Below are positions 51,327-60,846 of a stretch of DNA of 64,000 nucleotides, piece by piece. The notes below the pieces were generated by a model. That model was not told the origin of the DNA, did not search any database, and saw only the letters and a program-made list of their open reading frames with translations. The position numbers and the translations under genes were made by a program. Numbering within the stretch: position 1 is the stretch's first letter; each line of letters starts with the position of its first letter. The DNA comes from Candidatus Hydrogenedentota bacterium (GTDB lineage Bacteria; Hydrogenedentota; Hydrogenedentia; Hydrogenedentales; SLHB01). Location: the NCBI GenBank assembly GCA_963668025.2, contig CAXXTH010000022.1, positions 128,001 to 192,000 of the forward strand, read 5' to 3'.

Positions 51327-54300
51327 TTACAGTTCTTGTTCCGGCGCATTCCACGCCTTGGCGAACATTTTTTCCGGCGGCTGTGATTTGGCGCGTATGG
51401 TGATCCGCTTCTCTTCGCCAGGCTCCAGCCAGAAATAGTTGTCGCTGTAACGCAGCTCGTGGTCGTGCTCTGGACAATAGAGCCGGACGCGATACGCGGG
51501 CTTTTGGCCTGCGTTTGTGATACGGGCTTCCGACGACCAGCCGGAATCCCCATCCCGCCACGGTTCACCCCATTCCAGTTGGAGTTCCGTTGGGGTATTT
51601 CGTACGTCGCGAATCCAGGGACCGTTCTTCAGATACGGCATCCGCATGGACGGCGTTCCGACACGAGGAGTATAGACACTGCGAGAAAGGAGCTCTCCGC
51701 CTTCTTTGTCCAGCAGCTCCACGCAAAGGAACATGGCTTGTTCCTTAGTGGTTTTGGGTATCTTCCAGGAAAAGAATCCGGCGGTGCAGGTGGTCTCCGG
51801 CCGTATGGATACCTGATCCTGCTTCGAAGCCAACAGCTTCAGGCTAATATCGTATAACCGCACATTCACGACGGCGCCAGGGAAGGTTTTCGACGTATCG
51901 TTGGCGATGAAGAGCTTTGCTTCGAAATCCGTTCCCAGCGCGGTGAACAGTTCCAGGAATGTAGCGCCCACGTGAAGGGGTTCGTACGCTAGTTTGTAGT
52001 CGTAATAAGACGCCTTGGGCACGCCATACCAGTCCACATATTCCCATGTCAGACAACTGGGCCATATGACATTAAATGACCATCCCATCGAAAGGGTGCA
52101 ATACGGCCAGCGTGAGCGCCAGAAATCAAGCCCGAAGCGGGCCAGCATGCCTTGGCCCGTCTGCGCATACTCGACAAATTCCTCCCAATTATCCGGCACG
52201 CCGCTGTCGGCGATAAAGGGCATCATCCTAGCTTGAGAGTAGGCAAGGTGCGCATCATGCATGCTGAATGCGCTCTCCCGTTCGCGGAAGCTTGGCTCCC
52301 AGCCCGGAAGCTCAAATGGCTCCAATGGATCGGGGCCCGCAGGCGGCCAGGACTTGAGTTCTTCTTCTGGAATAACCTTCTTGAGCGTATGCAGCGATGG
52401 AGGAGACGACAGCGAGAATTCCGTGATAGCTGGAGATAAATCCCGCGCGAAGTAGGTGTAATTTGCTCCGCCTTCCCAATACACCTGGTAGGAATGGCTA
52501 TCACCCCCATGAGGGCTGGCCCGGTGGACTTCCCGGGACGGATCAAACTCCCGGCACAAATTCTCGAATGAATCCACAACGGCCCGGTTCCACTTATTGC
52601 CTTCGTCAAATTCATTGCCACAGCACCACATCACTAATGAGGCATGGTTGCGCAAACGCTTCACATTTTGCACGACCGTATCCCGCAATACATCGGAATC
52701 CATTTCATGAAACAAGCTATTGGCAAACGGGAATTCCTGCCAAACGCAGATGCCAAGGCGGTCACAGATTTCATAAAACTCGTCCGTCTCGAGCATCCCC
52801 CCGCCCCAAAGGCGCATGATGTTGATGTTCGCGTCCACCACCCGTTCGAGCAAGGCCTCGTAACGATTCCGGTCTAGGCGCAGCATCTGGTCAATAGGCA
52901 TCCAGTTAACGCCCTTGCCATAAAACGGTTTGCCATTCACCGTGAAAACCCAGTTGTATTTCCAGCGGCCTTCAGGCGTGGGCTGCATCTTGATGATGCG
53001 CACTCCAAATGACAATTCGAGCGAATCCGCCGGAGGAACCTCCGCCATCTTTTCGGGCAGCACCCCCCAAATGATGATCTTGAGACGGTAAAGCGGGTGC
53101 CCGCCCATGCCATTGGGCCACCACCGTTTAGCGTGAGGAATACGGATTTGGAAATCCTGGCGTTGCGCGCCCCGGAAATATCTTGTGGAGAAGGGAACCT
53201 CGATAGCCTCATCATTCTGATCCGGAGACTCGATGCGGATGATGCCGCCTGGCCCCTCGGGATACATTTCAGCGGAGCTGGCGATAGTGAAAGAGAGAGC
53301 AAGCAGCGCATCATCTCCATCAAAGCTCTTGGTGATCACCTGGGGATCGAGGAGGGTGATTCTTTCAGACGCGCGCAGCTCGACGGGACGCCAAAGCCCA
53401 ACCGTTAAAATATCCATGTTGAAATGCCAGCGTTGAAAGATATAGGCCTTCACATTACTATGCGGCGGCGTCGGGCAAGGCAGGAGGCAAACCACGAGTT
53501 CGTTTTCACCGCTTCGCCGCACCTTGCTAGATATGTCAAAGGTGCGTTCGCGGTGCATGCCTTCGTGGTAACCGAGCTGTTCGCCATTGAGCCAGACATA
53601 GCCATGGTAGTCGATGCCGTGAAATATGAGTTCAATATTTTTGCCGGACCAGTCCGGAGGCAGCACAAATGTACGGCGGTATATCCAGCGCTGCCGGTCG
53701 ATCCATCGCTGCTTAGGTCCATTATAGCCATAATACGGATCTTCAATCACCCCCGCTTCGAGCAAGGCTGTTTGCACGGTGCCCGGCACCACCGCAGGGA
53801 TCCATCGTTCCGTAACAAGGTCTTCCAATGCCACCGGAACCGTACGCGCAAGTGAATTTGAAGTGAAATCATCCTCGAACAACACTTTGCCGCCATCTGG
53901 GGTAGTCATGCGCGCATGGCGAATTTGTGAGGAGCCGTTTTGAACTAGAAATCCCGCCATACGGCCGCACAACCGGCGGTCCGAGAATGAACCAATCTGG
54001 ACGCCATCCAATAACACTTCCACCCCGTTGGCCGAAACCGCCACACGAACCGTATAATCAGTTCCGGCCTGGATAACAGGCTCTTGAGCCTGCATCAATG
54101 CTGGACCATCCGGAAGATCGTACAAGATGTAATTGGCGCGAACCAGCTTTCCCGGCTCCATCAGGATTTGGTAGAAACAGTTTCTATCTTCGAGGAAACA
54201 AACAATCACACTTAGAAGCGTGCCTGGGCTATCAATGGACACGACGGATTCCCATACAAAATCCCCTTCTGGCTCCACATTGGCCAGTATCTCCGCCGAA

Positions 54301-54431
54301 CCCGGGCTATCTCCCACCAATATGCCATCGCGGATGGCCCATCCGATGAGGTGCTGATTCCATTTGCCTAATACAGGTTCAGGCATCCAAGACAATTCCC
54401 AGCCTTGCGAAATATCACGAATCTCACTCAT
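51327..54431 (-). CDS. GH2 beta-mannosidase-like glycoside hydrolase with an extra N-terminal beta-sandwich insert
   Basis: WIPAVVPG, FHGIDY, GVNWMP, RLWGGG, WQEF, WCCGNE (acid/base), ITEF (nucleophile). Confidence 0.88.
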   Translation of the reverse strand: MSEIRDISQGWELSWMPEPVLGKWNQHLIGWAIRDGILVGDSPGSAEILANVEPEGDFVWESVVSIDSPGTLLSVIVCFLEDRNCFYQILMEPGKLVRANYILYDLPDGPALMQAQEPVIQAGTDYTVRVAVSANGVEVLLDGVQIGSFSDRRLCGRMAGFLVQNGSSQIRHARMTTPDGGKVLFEDDFTSNSLARTVPVALEDLVTERWIPAVVPGTVQTALLEAGVIEDPYYGYNGPKQRWIDRQRWIYRRTFVLPPDWSGKNIELIFHGIDYHGYVWLNGEQLGYHEGMHRERTFDISSKVRRSGENELVVCLLPCPTPPHSNVKAYIFQRWHFNMDILTVGLWRPVELRASERITLLDPQVITKSFDGDDALLALSFTIASSAEMYPEGPGGIIRIESPDQNDEAIEVPFSTRYFRGAQRQDFQIRIPHAKRWWPNGMGGHPLYRLKIIIWGVLPEKMAEVPPADSLELSFGVRIIKMQPTPEGRWKYNWVFTVNGKPFYGKGVNWMPIDQMLRLDRNRYEALLERVVDANINIMRLWGGGMLETDEFYEICDRLGICVWQEFPFANSLFHEMDSDVLRDTVVQNVKRLRNHASLVMWCCGNEFDEGNKWNRAVVDSFENLCREFDPSREVHRASPHGGDSHSYQVYWEGGANYTYFARDLSPAITEFSLSSPPSLHTLKKVIPEEELKSWPPAGPDPLEPFELPGWEPSFRERESAFSMHDAHLAYSQARMMPFIADSGVPDNWEEFVEYAQTGQGMLARFGLDFWRSRWPYCTLSMGWSFNVIWPSCLTWEYVDWYGVPKASYYDYKLAYEPLHVGATFLELFTALGTDFEAKLFIANDTSKTFPGAVVNVRLYDISLKLLASKQDQVSIRPETTCTAGFFSWKIPKTTKEQAMFLCVELLDKEGGELLSRSVYTPRVGTPSMRMPYLKNGPWIRDVRNTPTELQLEWGEPWRDGDSGWSSEARITNAGQKPAYRVRLYCPEHDHELRYSDNYFWLEPGEEKRITIRAKSQPPEKMFAKAWNAPEQEL

Positions 54432-54436
54432 AGTTT

Positions 54437-55717
54437 TTACCCCCGCCTTGCCTGTTGTTTGCCATTGGATTGCTTCTTAATGGCTTGCACCAGCTCTGTT
54501 TTCCATTTGCCGTCGAGATCGCGAATACCAGTCCTATTCCATGGAGTGTCATCAGGTGTATCTTGATAGGCCCAGATCCACCACCCCGCAAAACCGTATT
54601 CCATACACTTCTTGAATTGCCATTCAAAGATTTCAGGCCCAGAATATCCATCGGTGGAAATGATCGCGCTTTTCCGCTGTGCATCATGGCCGGGGCCCAC
54701 GAAGTCGGTTGAAAGGATGCGCGATGCGTTCTCACGCCCAAGTATCTCTACTATCTTGCGTATATAGTAAACACCATCAGACGCCGGATCGCTGCAAGGC
54801 CACGTTGACATGGGCCAATAATCGGGTGGAAGCCCAAGGTCGTCAAGAAGCCATTTCTTCAGGTTTGTGAATCCGCTAAGACGTGCCTCTGGCGGCTTCG
54901 CCATCCAGTAGGGCTCATTGGATAATATTGGCAACAGGAACGGCGCAGCCTTGGGCCTTGTGCCCGCGGCCCAGAACACCGGCCAGACGCGTTTCACAAA
55001 TTCCTCGGTGCTCGACAAGATGGACGGATTGTCTTCGCGCTCCCAAAGGCACGGTTCCGCTTGTCCGATTTCATAATTGCCCGTCATGCACCACATCGCG
55101 ATGCCCTCAGGATGCTTCACACGTCCTTCGATGTAACGGATGGTTTCCCGGTACCACAAGGCGGATTCATTCCAAGGCGTCTCGTCCGGCATCGGCCAGT
55201 GTCCCGTGTTTGCTATCTGATGCGACGGGTCGGTGGAATACGGGATCCACATGTTGCAAGCCAAATCGAGCTCAACCGAAACGCCCCGTTTATAGCAGTC
55301 ATCCACAAAAGCAGCCACATTGTCCAGGTACGAAGTGTTTGCCCATTCTGTGAGAGCACGCCCTTCTTGAGGGGCTTGAGATGGTATTTTCAAAGAATAT
55401 GGAATTGCTACATATACATCGACGAGATTGATACCGGCTACGCGCACCAGTTCATCTATGGCATTGCATACCTGTTCTCGAACCTCGGGATAGAGACACA
55501 GCCAAGGATATCCAGCCAAATCAATGGATTCGGCATCCGGTTTGTGCTGGATCAGCGGATTGAAGTGGACACCACGGAAAGGCGTCCGCGATACTGGCGC
55601 TGGAGGTTCTTTTTTGAGCGAAATCCCTTCTTTATCCGCAGCAAAGGCCATCCCGCATGCCATTATCACCAACATCATAACATTAATATCTTTAATTAAG
55701 TTTAATTGTACGTTCAT
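54437..55717 (-). CDS. Secreted TIM-barrel-like hypothetical protein (paralogue 1 of 4)
   Basis: Signal peptide ending AFA; FRGVHFNP, AEPCLW, PPDYW, RILSTDF, GWWIWAYQD. Confidence 0.75.
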   Translation of the reverse strand: MNVQLNLIKDINVMMLVIMACGMAFAADKEGISLKKEPPAPVSRTPFRGVHFNPLIQHKPDAESIDLAGYPWLCLYPEVREQVCNAIDELVRVAGINLVDVYVAIPYSLKIPSQAPQEGRALTEWANTSYLDNVAAFVDDCYKRGVSVELDLACNMWIPYSTDPSHQIANTGHWPMPDETPWNESALWYRETIRYIEGRVKHPEGIAMWCMTGNYEIGQAEPCLWEREDNPSILSSTEEFVKRVWPVFWAAGTRPKAAPFLLPILSNEPYWMAKPPEARLSGFTNLKKWLLDDLGLPPDYWPMSTWPCSDPASDGVYYIRKIVEILGRENASRILSTDFVGPGHDAQRKSAIISTDGYSGPEIFEWQFKKCMEYGFAGWWIWAYQDTPDDTPWNRTGIRDLDGKWKTELVQAIKKQSNGKQQARRG

Positions 55718-55778
55718 ATAATATTCTCCTTATGTAATTACATATGTATTTGCTATACTTTTTACTATATTTTTTGTA

Positions 55779-57020
55779 TCATTTATTGGGGGCTGCCTCT
55801 TGATTAATGGCTTTCAGTAAATCCTGTTTCCATTCTCCATGGATGGCACAAATTCCACTGTCCGCATTCGGCGTATCCTGGTAAGCCCATATCCACCACC
55901 CTGCAAAGCCATATTCCGCACACTTTTGAAAATGCCATTCAAGCATTTCCGGCCCCGAACGGCCTTCTGCCGGAATGATGGAAGCCGCCCGTTCATTGTC
56001 GTGCCCGGGCCCCTTGAGATCAGTCGAAATGATGCGATGCGCGTTCTCAGGCCCTAGTATCTTGACGATTTCCCGAAGATAATAAACACCATCAGGTGCA
56101 GGGTCACAGAAGGGATATGTGGTCATTATCCAATAATCCGGCGGAAGGCTCAGATCATCGCATATCCATTTCTTCAGATTTGTAAACGCGCTCAGGCGCA
56201 CCTCGGAAGAATGATCAATCGCGGGCAAGGCTGTTTGGAAATCTCGCCAATAGGTGTCATCAGCAAAAATCGGCAGCATAATGGGTGCGGCTTTTGGGCG
56301 CTTCCCGGCTGCTCGGAACACAGGCCAAACTTTCTTCACGAACTCCTCGACACTCGACAAAACTGCTGGCTTTCCGTCAATGGGCCAGAGGCAAGGTTCA
56401 GCCGGTCCCAACTCAAAATTTCCCATCATGCACCATGTGGCGATGCTTTCAGGGTGTTTGGCCCGTCCTTCAATATAGTTAATGGTTTCCCGGTACCACG
56501 TGGCGGATTCTTTCCACGGCGTCTCACTGGGTTTAGGCCATTTCCCTTTATTGGAGAGCTGATGCTCTGGGTCAACGGAGTACGGTATCCACATGTTGGC
56601 CGCCAGATCGAGTTCAACAGAAACGCCTGCATCGTGGCAATCTTCAATGAATGCCGCCACATTGTCTAGATAAGCGAGATTCGCCCATTCGCCCAAGGGC
56701 TGTCCCTCTTGTGGAGCCTGGGTGGATTTTTTCAAGGTATCTGGGATGCAGACGAATATGACAACCAAATTGATGCCAGCCGCGCCAGCCAGTTCATGAA
56801 GCGCGGCACAGACCTGAGCACGGCATTGCGAGTAACAAGCCAGCCACGGCTGGCCAGATGAAGTGTTGATCTGAGGATTAAAAAATACGCCTCGAAACTG
56901 GGGCGTTTTTATCAAATCCGCTTCGTGCTGCACGTGATTTCCGTTGTCCGAGGCGCATGCGCCAAGCGCCCCCATGCTTAACAATATGGGCATTGCCATA
57001 TATTTGACTGGAGCAGACAT
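55779..57020 (-). CDS. Putative lipoprotein, TIM-barrel-like (paralogue 2 of 4)
   Basis: GAGG RBS before MSAPVK; lipobox LGAC; same motifs as paralogue 1. Confidence 0.75.
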   Translation of the reverse strand: MSAPVKYMAMPILLSMGALGACASDNGNHVQHEADLIKTPQFRGVFFNPQINTSSGQPWLACYSQCRAQVCAALHELAGAAGINLVVIFVCIPDTLKKSTQAPQEGQPLGEWANLAYLDNVAAFIEDCHDAGVSVELDLAANMWIPYSVDPEHQLSNKGKWPKPSETPWKESATWYRETINYIEGRAKHPESIATWCMMGNFELGPAEPCLWPIDGKPAVLSSVEEFVKKVWPVFRAAGKRPKAAPIMLPIFADDTYWRDFQTALPAIDHSSEVRLSAFTNLKKWICDDLSLPPDYWIMTTYPFCDPAPDGVYYLREIVKILGPENAHRIISTDLKGPGHDNERAASIIPAEGRSGPEMLEWHFQKCAEYGFAGWWIWAYQDTPNADSGICAIHGEWKQDLLKAINQEAAPNK

Positions 57021-57072
57021 AAGCCTCACGTCCTTCTTGGTTGCTAAGGCACCAGGCTTGCCATATTTTCCT

Positions 57073-58311
57073 CTACTTAGCAGGCGCTTGTTTCTTGATG
57101 ATTGCCAACAAATCCGGTTTCCATACTCCATTGGCATCACGGAGTCCCGTCTTCGAATTCGGTCCATCTTGGTAGCACCATACCCACCACCCAGCAAAGC
57201 CATATTTCTCACATTGTTGAAGATTCCATTCCAGCATCTCGGCTGAAGAACGTCCGCCATCTGAAATGATGGTGTCAGAGAAATCTATTCCGATTGCCTT
57301 GAAGTCTGTGGATAGGATGCGCGGCGCATTCTCTTTGCCTAAAATATCCACTATTCGTTGTATATAGCACGTGCCATCGGGAGCTGGATCACAGAAGGGA
57401 TAGGTAGATATAGGCCAATAATCGGGCGGAAGCGCGAGATCGTCCAGAATCCATTTTTTCAAGTGGATGAATCCGCTCAATCGTTCATCAGGAGACTTCG
57501 CCATCCAATAGGAAGAATTCGAGAAAATGGGAAACGCATAAGGCGCGGCTTTCGGCCTTTTGCCTGCGGCGCGGAATACGGGCCATACCTCTTTTACAAA
57601 CTTCTCGATACTCACAAGGAGCGCCGGATTATCGTCAACCCCCCAAAGGCAAGGCTCGGCCGTGCCGAGTTCGTAGTGGCCCATCATGCTCCACATGGCG
57701 ATGTTTTCCGGATGTTTCGCATGCCCCTCGATATACTTAATAGATTCGCTGTACCAGGTGGCCGATTCGTTCCAGGGTGTTTCGTCAGGCATGGGCCAGT
57801 GTTTGGAATTCGCAATTTGGCGCTCCGGGTCCACCGAATAGGGTATCCACATATTGCACGCCAAATCGAGTTCCACGGCGATTCCAGCATCATAACAGTC
57901 ATCCACAAAAGCGCATATATTGTCGTAGTATATTGCATTTCCCCATTCGCTGAACGGCTGGCCTTCTTGAGGAGCTTGCGAAGGCGTTTTCAATGAATAC
58001 GCAATAACGACAAACATGTCGATCAAATTGACGCCTGCCGTGCTCGATAAATCCTGGAGAAGCGCACGTATCTCTTCCTGGTTTTCCTGGTAGTAAACGA
58101 GCCAAGGCCGGTCTGGATTGGTGCTGACAGAGGGATTAAAGAATACCCCTCGGAATTTCTGCATCGGTTCTGAAGGAGGAATGGTGGGCGCTGCTTGTTC
58201 AACGGCTAACTGTGGAGTATCTGCTTCGTCTGCTGCTAAAGCGCCTGCAAACATAAGAATCATTAATGCGGACAGCATCGCAGCCTTGATGGCTATACAT
58301 GGATTCATCAT
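57073..58311 (-). CDS. Secreted TIM-barrel-like hypothetical protein (paralogue 3 of 4)
   Basis: Signal peptide ending ALA; same motifs as paralogue 1. Confidence 0.75.
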   Translation of the reverse strand: MMNPCIAIKAAMLSALMILMFAGALAADEADTPQLAVEQAAPTIPPSEPMQKFRGVFFNPSVSTNPDRPWLVYYQENQEEIRALLQDLSSTAGVNLIDMFVVIAYSLKTPSQAPQEGQPFSEWGNAIYYDNICAFVDDCYDAGIAVELDLACNMWIPYSVDPERQIANSKHWPMPDETPWNESATWYSESIKYIEGHAKHPENIAMWSMMGHYELGTAEPCLWGVDDNPALLVSIEKFVKEVWPVFRAAGKRPKAAPYAFPIFSNSSYWMAKSPDERLSGFIHLKKWILDDLALPPDYWPISTYPFCDPAPDGTCYIQRIVDILGKENAPRILSTDFKAIGIDFSDTIISDGGRSSAEMLEWNLQQCEKYGFAGWWVWCYQDGPNSKTGLRDANGVWKPDLLAIIKKQAPAK

Positions 58312-58370
58312 GATGTCATCCTCTGTTAACTAAAACAAAAATCCGAATAGAACACTCTTCACCATTTTCT

Positions 58371-59684
58371 TTATTTTTTACGGATATACAATATCCCTCC
58401 CATTATGCCAGCAAACGCCAACGACCCAAGGCTTAACAGACCCGCCACCGGCGCATCTTCACCGATAACAGGCATTTGGGCGGCGATCACCTGGACGAGG
58501 TCTGTTTTCCACTGGCCGTCTTGCTCACGGATACCCCTTGTTTCACCAGGCCCGTCCTGATAGCACCATATCCACCAGCCCGGAAAGCCATACTCCGCAC
58601 ATTTATCAAAATGCCACTGGAATAGCTCTGTGTCTGTATAACCTTCCGTTGAAAGAATCGTCGAGGAATAATCGGCCAGCACCCCCAAGTCTGTTGGGAT
58701 AATTCGAGAGGCGTTTTCCCATCCCAGAATGTCCAGAATTTCCTTGTAATAGTAATGCCCGTTTGGTGCGGGATCGCAGAGGGGATAAAACGTCATGGGC
58801 CAGTAGTCGGGCGGCATCCCGAGATCATCCACTAGCCATTTCTTGAGATTAGTGAATCCGCTAAGTCGAGCGTCATCCCGGGCCATCCAATAGGTGTTAT
58901 TCGACAAGATAGGCATCAGGTAGGGCGCTGCTTTCGGCCTCTGGCCTGCCGCCTTGAACGCAGGCCATACGTTCTTCACAAATAGCTCGTTATATGTCTT
59001 GATTTCTGGAATATAATCATTATCCCAAAGGCCGGTCTCCGCTCCGCCGAATGTATAGTTGCCTCCCATACACCACCATGCGATGCTCTCTGGATGGCTG
59101 GCTTTCCCTTCCACATATTCGATGATCTCCGTATACCACGTAACCGATTCATCCCAAGGAGTATCATCCGCTATGGGCCACCACGGATCGGTTCCAGCCG
59201 GGTCATCCGGAACGCCCACCAAATGATTGGCCGTATCCACGGAATAGGGCACCCACATGTTGTTGGCCATATCGAGCGCTACCGAAACGCCGGCTTCATG
59301 GCAGTCATCAATGAACATCGCCACATTGTCGAGATAAGCCATATTAGCCCATTCTTCCAGCGGCTGGCCTGGCGTGGGCGCTTGTTTGGGAGTCGCCAGC
59401 GAATTGGGAATAAGCAAAAAAATGGCGGCGAAGTTTAGATTTGCTTCAGTGGCCATTTCCTGTAAGGCCATTTTGATCTCACTGCGGTATGTCGAATAGT
59501 AAAGAAGCCATGGAAAATTGGTGCTATCGTTAATGACAGGATTAAAAAAGACGCCGCGCATCGAAGCAGACTTAATATGCGCAGCGTCTTTATCCTCACG
59601 ATACACTTCCGCTTGTCCACTAAAAGGTGCTAAAAAGAATGATGCCGCCAAGATTCCTGTAATAGCATTTTTCCTCATGATCAT
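58371..59684 (-). CDS. Secreted TIM-barrel-like protein with a C-terminal TM sorting segment (paralogue 4 of 4)
   Basis: Signal peptide; same motifs; APVAG-hydrophobic-RKK tail. Confidence 0.75.
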   Translation of the reverse strand: MIMRKNAITGILAASFFLAPFSGQAEVYREDKDAAHIKSASMRGVFFNPVINDSTNFPWLLYYSTYRSEIKMALQEMATEANLNFAAIFLLIPNSLATPKQAPTPGQPLEEWANMAYLDNVAMFIDDCHEAGVSVALDMANNMWVPYSVDTANHLVGVPDDPAGTDPWWPIADDTPWDESVTWYTEIIEYVEGKASHPESIAWWCMGGNYTFGGAETGLWDNDYIPEIKTYNELFVKNVWPAFKAAGQRPKAAPYLMPILSNNTYWMARDDARLSGFTNLKKWLVDDLGMPPDYWPMTFYPLCDPAPNGHYYYKEILDILGWENASRIIPTDLGVLADYSSTILSTEGYTDTELFQWHFDKCAEYGFPGWWIWCYQDGPGETRGIREQDGQWKTDLVQVIAAQMPVIGEDAPVAGLLSLGSLAFAGIMGGILYIRKK

Positions 59685-59856
59685 CTCCTATTTACTTTCT
59701 TGGTAACAAGCCACATCTTTTGATGGCTTTAACTATGTCTCTCTTCAATTCAGCCTGAACGCAGCCACCCTCTCCATAAATAGTGAACTTGAAATATCCC
59801 CGTCCACTCGCGTCTTATAAACACTTTATTTTTTTATACGATCAACAATCAGTACA

Positions 59857-60846
59857 TCATCCTGCCTGGGAGGTGTCCCTAATTAGGCGATTCAGAGTAA
59901 TGGTTAGCGCCAGGAGAAATATCAGCATGGTCAATCCGATGGCGCATGCATAACCCATGCGTTGAAAACTGAATCCATTTAGATACATATATAGTCCTGG
60001 GACTATTGTTCGATAACCTGGACCGCCATCCTGGGTCAAAATGTATACGGATTCAAAACCATTGACAATCCCAATTACTGTAAGCACCACAAGCAGCTTT
60101 ATTTGTTGTATGACAAGCGGAAAGTGTATTTTTATGATTCGACCCAGCGCACCTAATCCGTCCAGTTCCGCTGCTTCCAAAATACTAGGGGATATATTAC
60201 TTAGTCCTGCATAATAGATGAGTATGTTAAAACCATGTGCAAAAGGAAATCCGACGCATGCCACAGCCCATAATGCTGTTTTGGGATCGCCAAGCCATCC
60301 ATGAACCCAGCTCGTTAGCCCAACTCCGTTAAGAAATTCCGTGAGTATACCCGCATCCGAATAGATGTACCGCCAAATCATAAAGACAACCACGCCTGGG
60401 ACAATCATGGGCAGTACGACAGCGACTCGGCACATGTATGCCATGCGTTCAGAACGAAGATGGAAAATCATCTCCGCGACGCAGAACGGTACAATCATGC
60501 TCACTAAAAACACAAAACAGCCAAGCTTTGAGAGATTGGAAACACTTTTACTAAAAACAGGATCACGCCACATTTCCGTGAAGTTCGCCAACCCTATCCA
60601 TTCGCTCTTCGCGCCAATATCGCTGCTAGTGAATGCATAATATAAGGCCGAACAAGCAGGTATGTAGTTGAACACAATAAGAAGCCCAATAGGCCCAAAC
60701 AAAATGCCATAGATAAGCCACAGCGGAGCGTCACCTGCTTTACGCGCCCGGCCAGTATTCCTATGTTTTCTAGTTTTTAAGTTCGCTTGCAAGGCGGACG
60801 CCCCTTTCTTGCCAAACAGTCTCCATCTTGCTGAAATCCCATTCAT
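59857..60846 (-). CDS. Carbohydrate ABC transporter permease (MalF-like); start uncertain
   Basis: GLANF, EAAELDG EAA loop, GYACAIG. Confidence 0.9.
   Translation of the reverse strand: MNGISARWRLFGKKGASALQANLKTRKHRNTGRARKAGDAPLWLIYGILFGPIGLLIVFNYIPACSALYYAFTSSDIGAKSEWIGLANFTEMWRDPVFSKSVSNLSKLGCFVFLVSMIVPFCVAEMIFHLRSERMAYMCRVAVVLPMIVPGVVVFMIWRYIYSDAGILTEFLNGVGLTSWVHGWLGDPKTALWAVACVGFPFAHGFNILIYYAGLSNISPSILEAAELDGLGALGRIIKIHFPLVIQQIKLLVVLTVIGIVNGFESVYILTQDGGPGYRTIVPGLYMYLNGFSFQRMGYACAIGLTMLIFLLALTITLNRLIRDTSQAG

Noticed and set aside
57021-57260. 80-aa N-terminal extension of paralogue 2 in the ORF track
   Set aside because: It overlaps paralogue 3; the RBS and signal peptide point to ATG 57020.
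54437-59684. Repeated blocks as DGR targets or an assembly duplication
   Set aside because: The copies differ throughout, with many synonymous changes and distinct termini, consistent with old paralogues.
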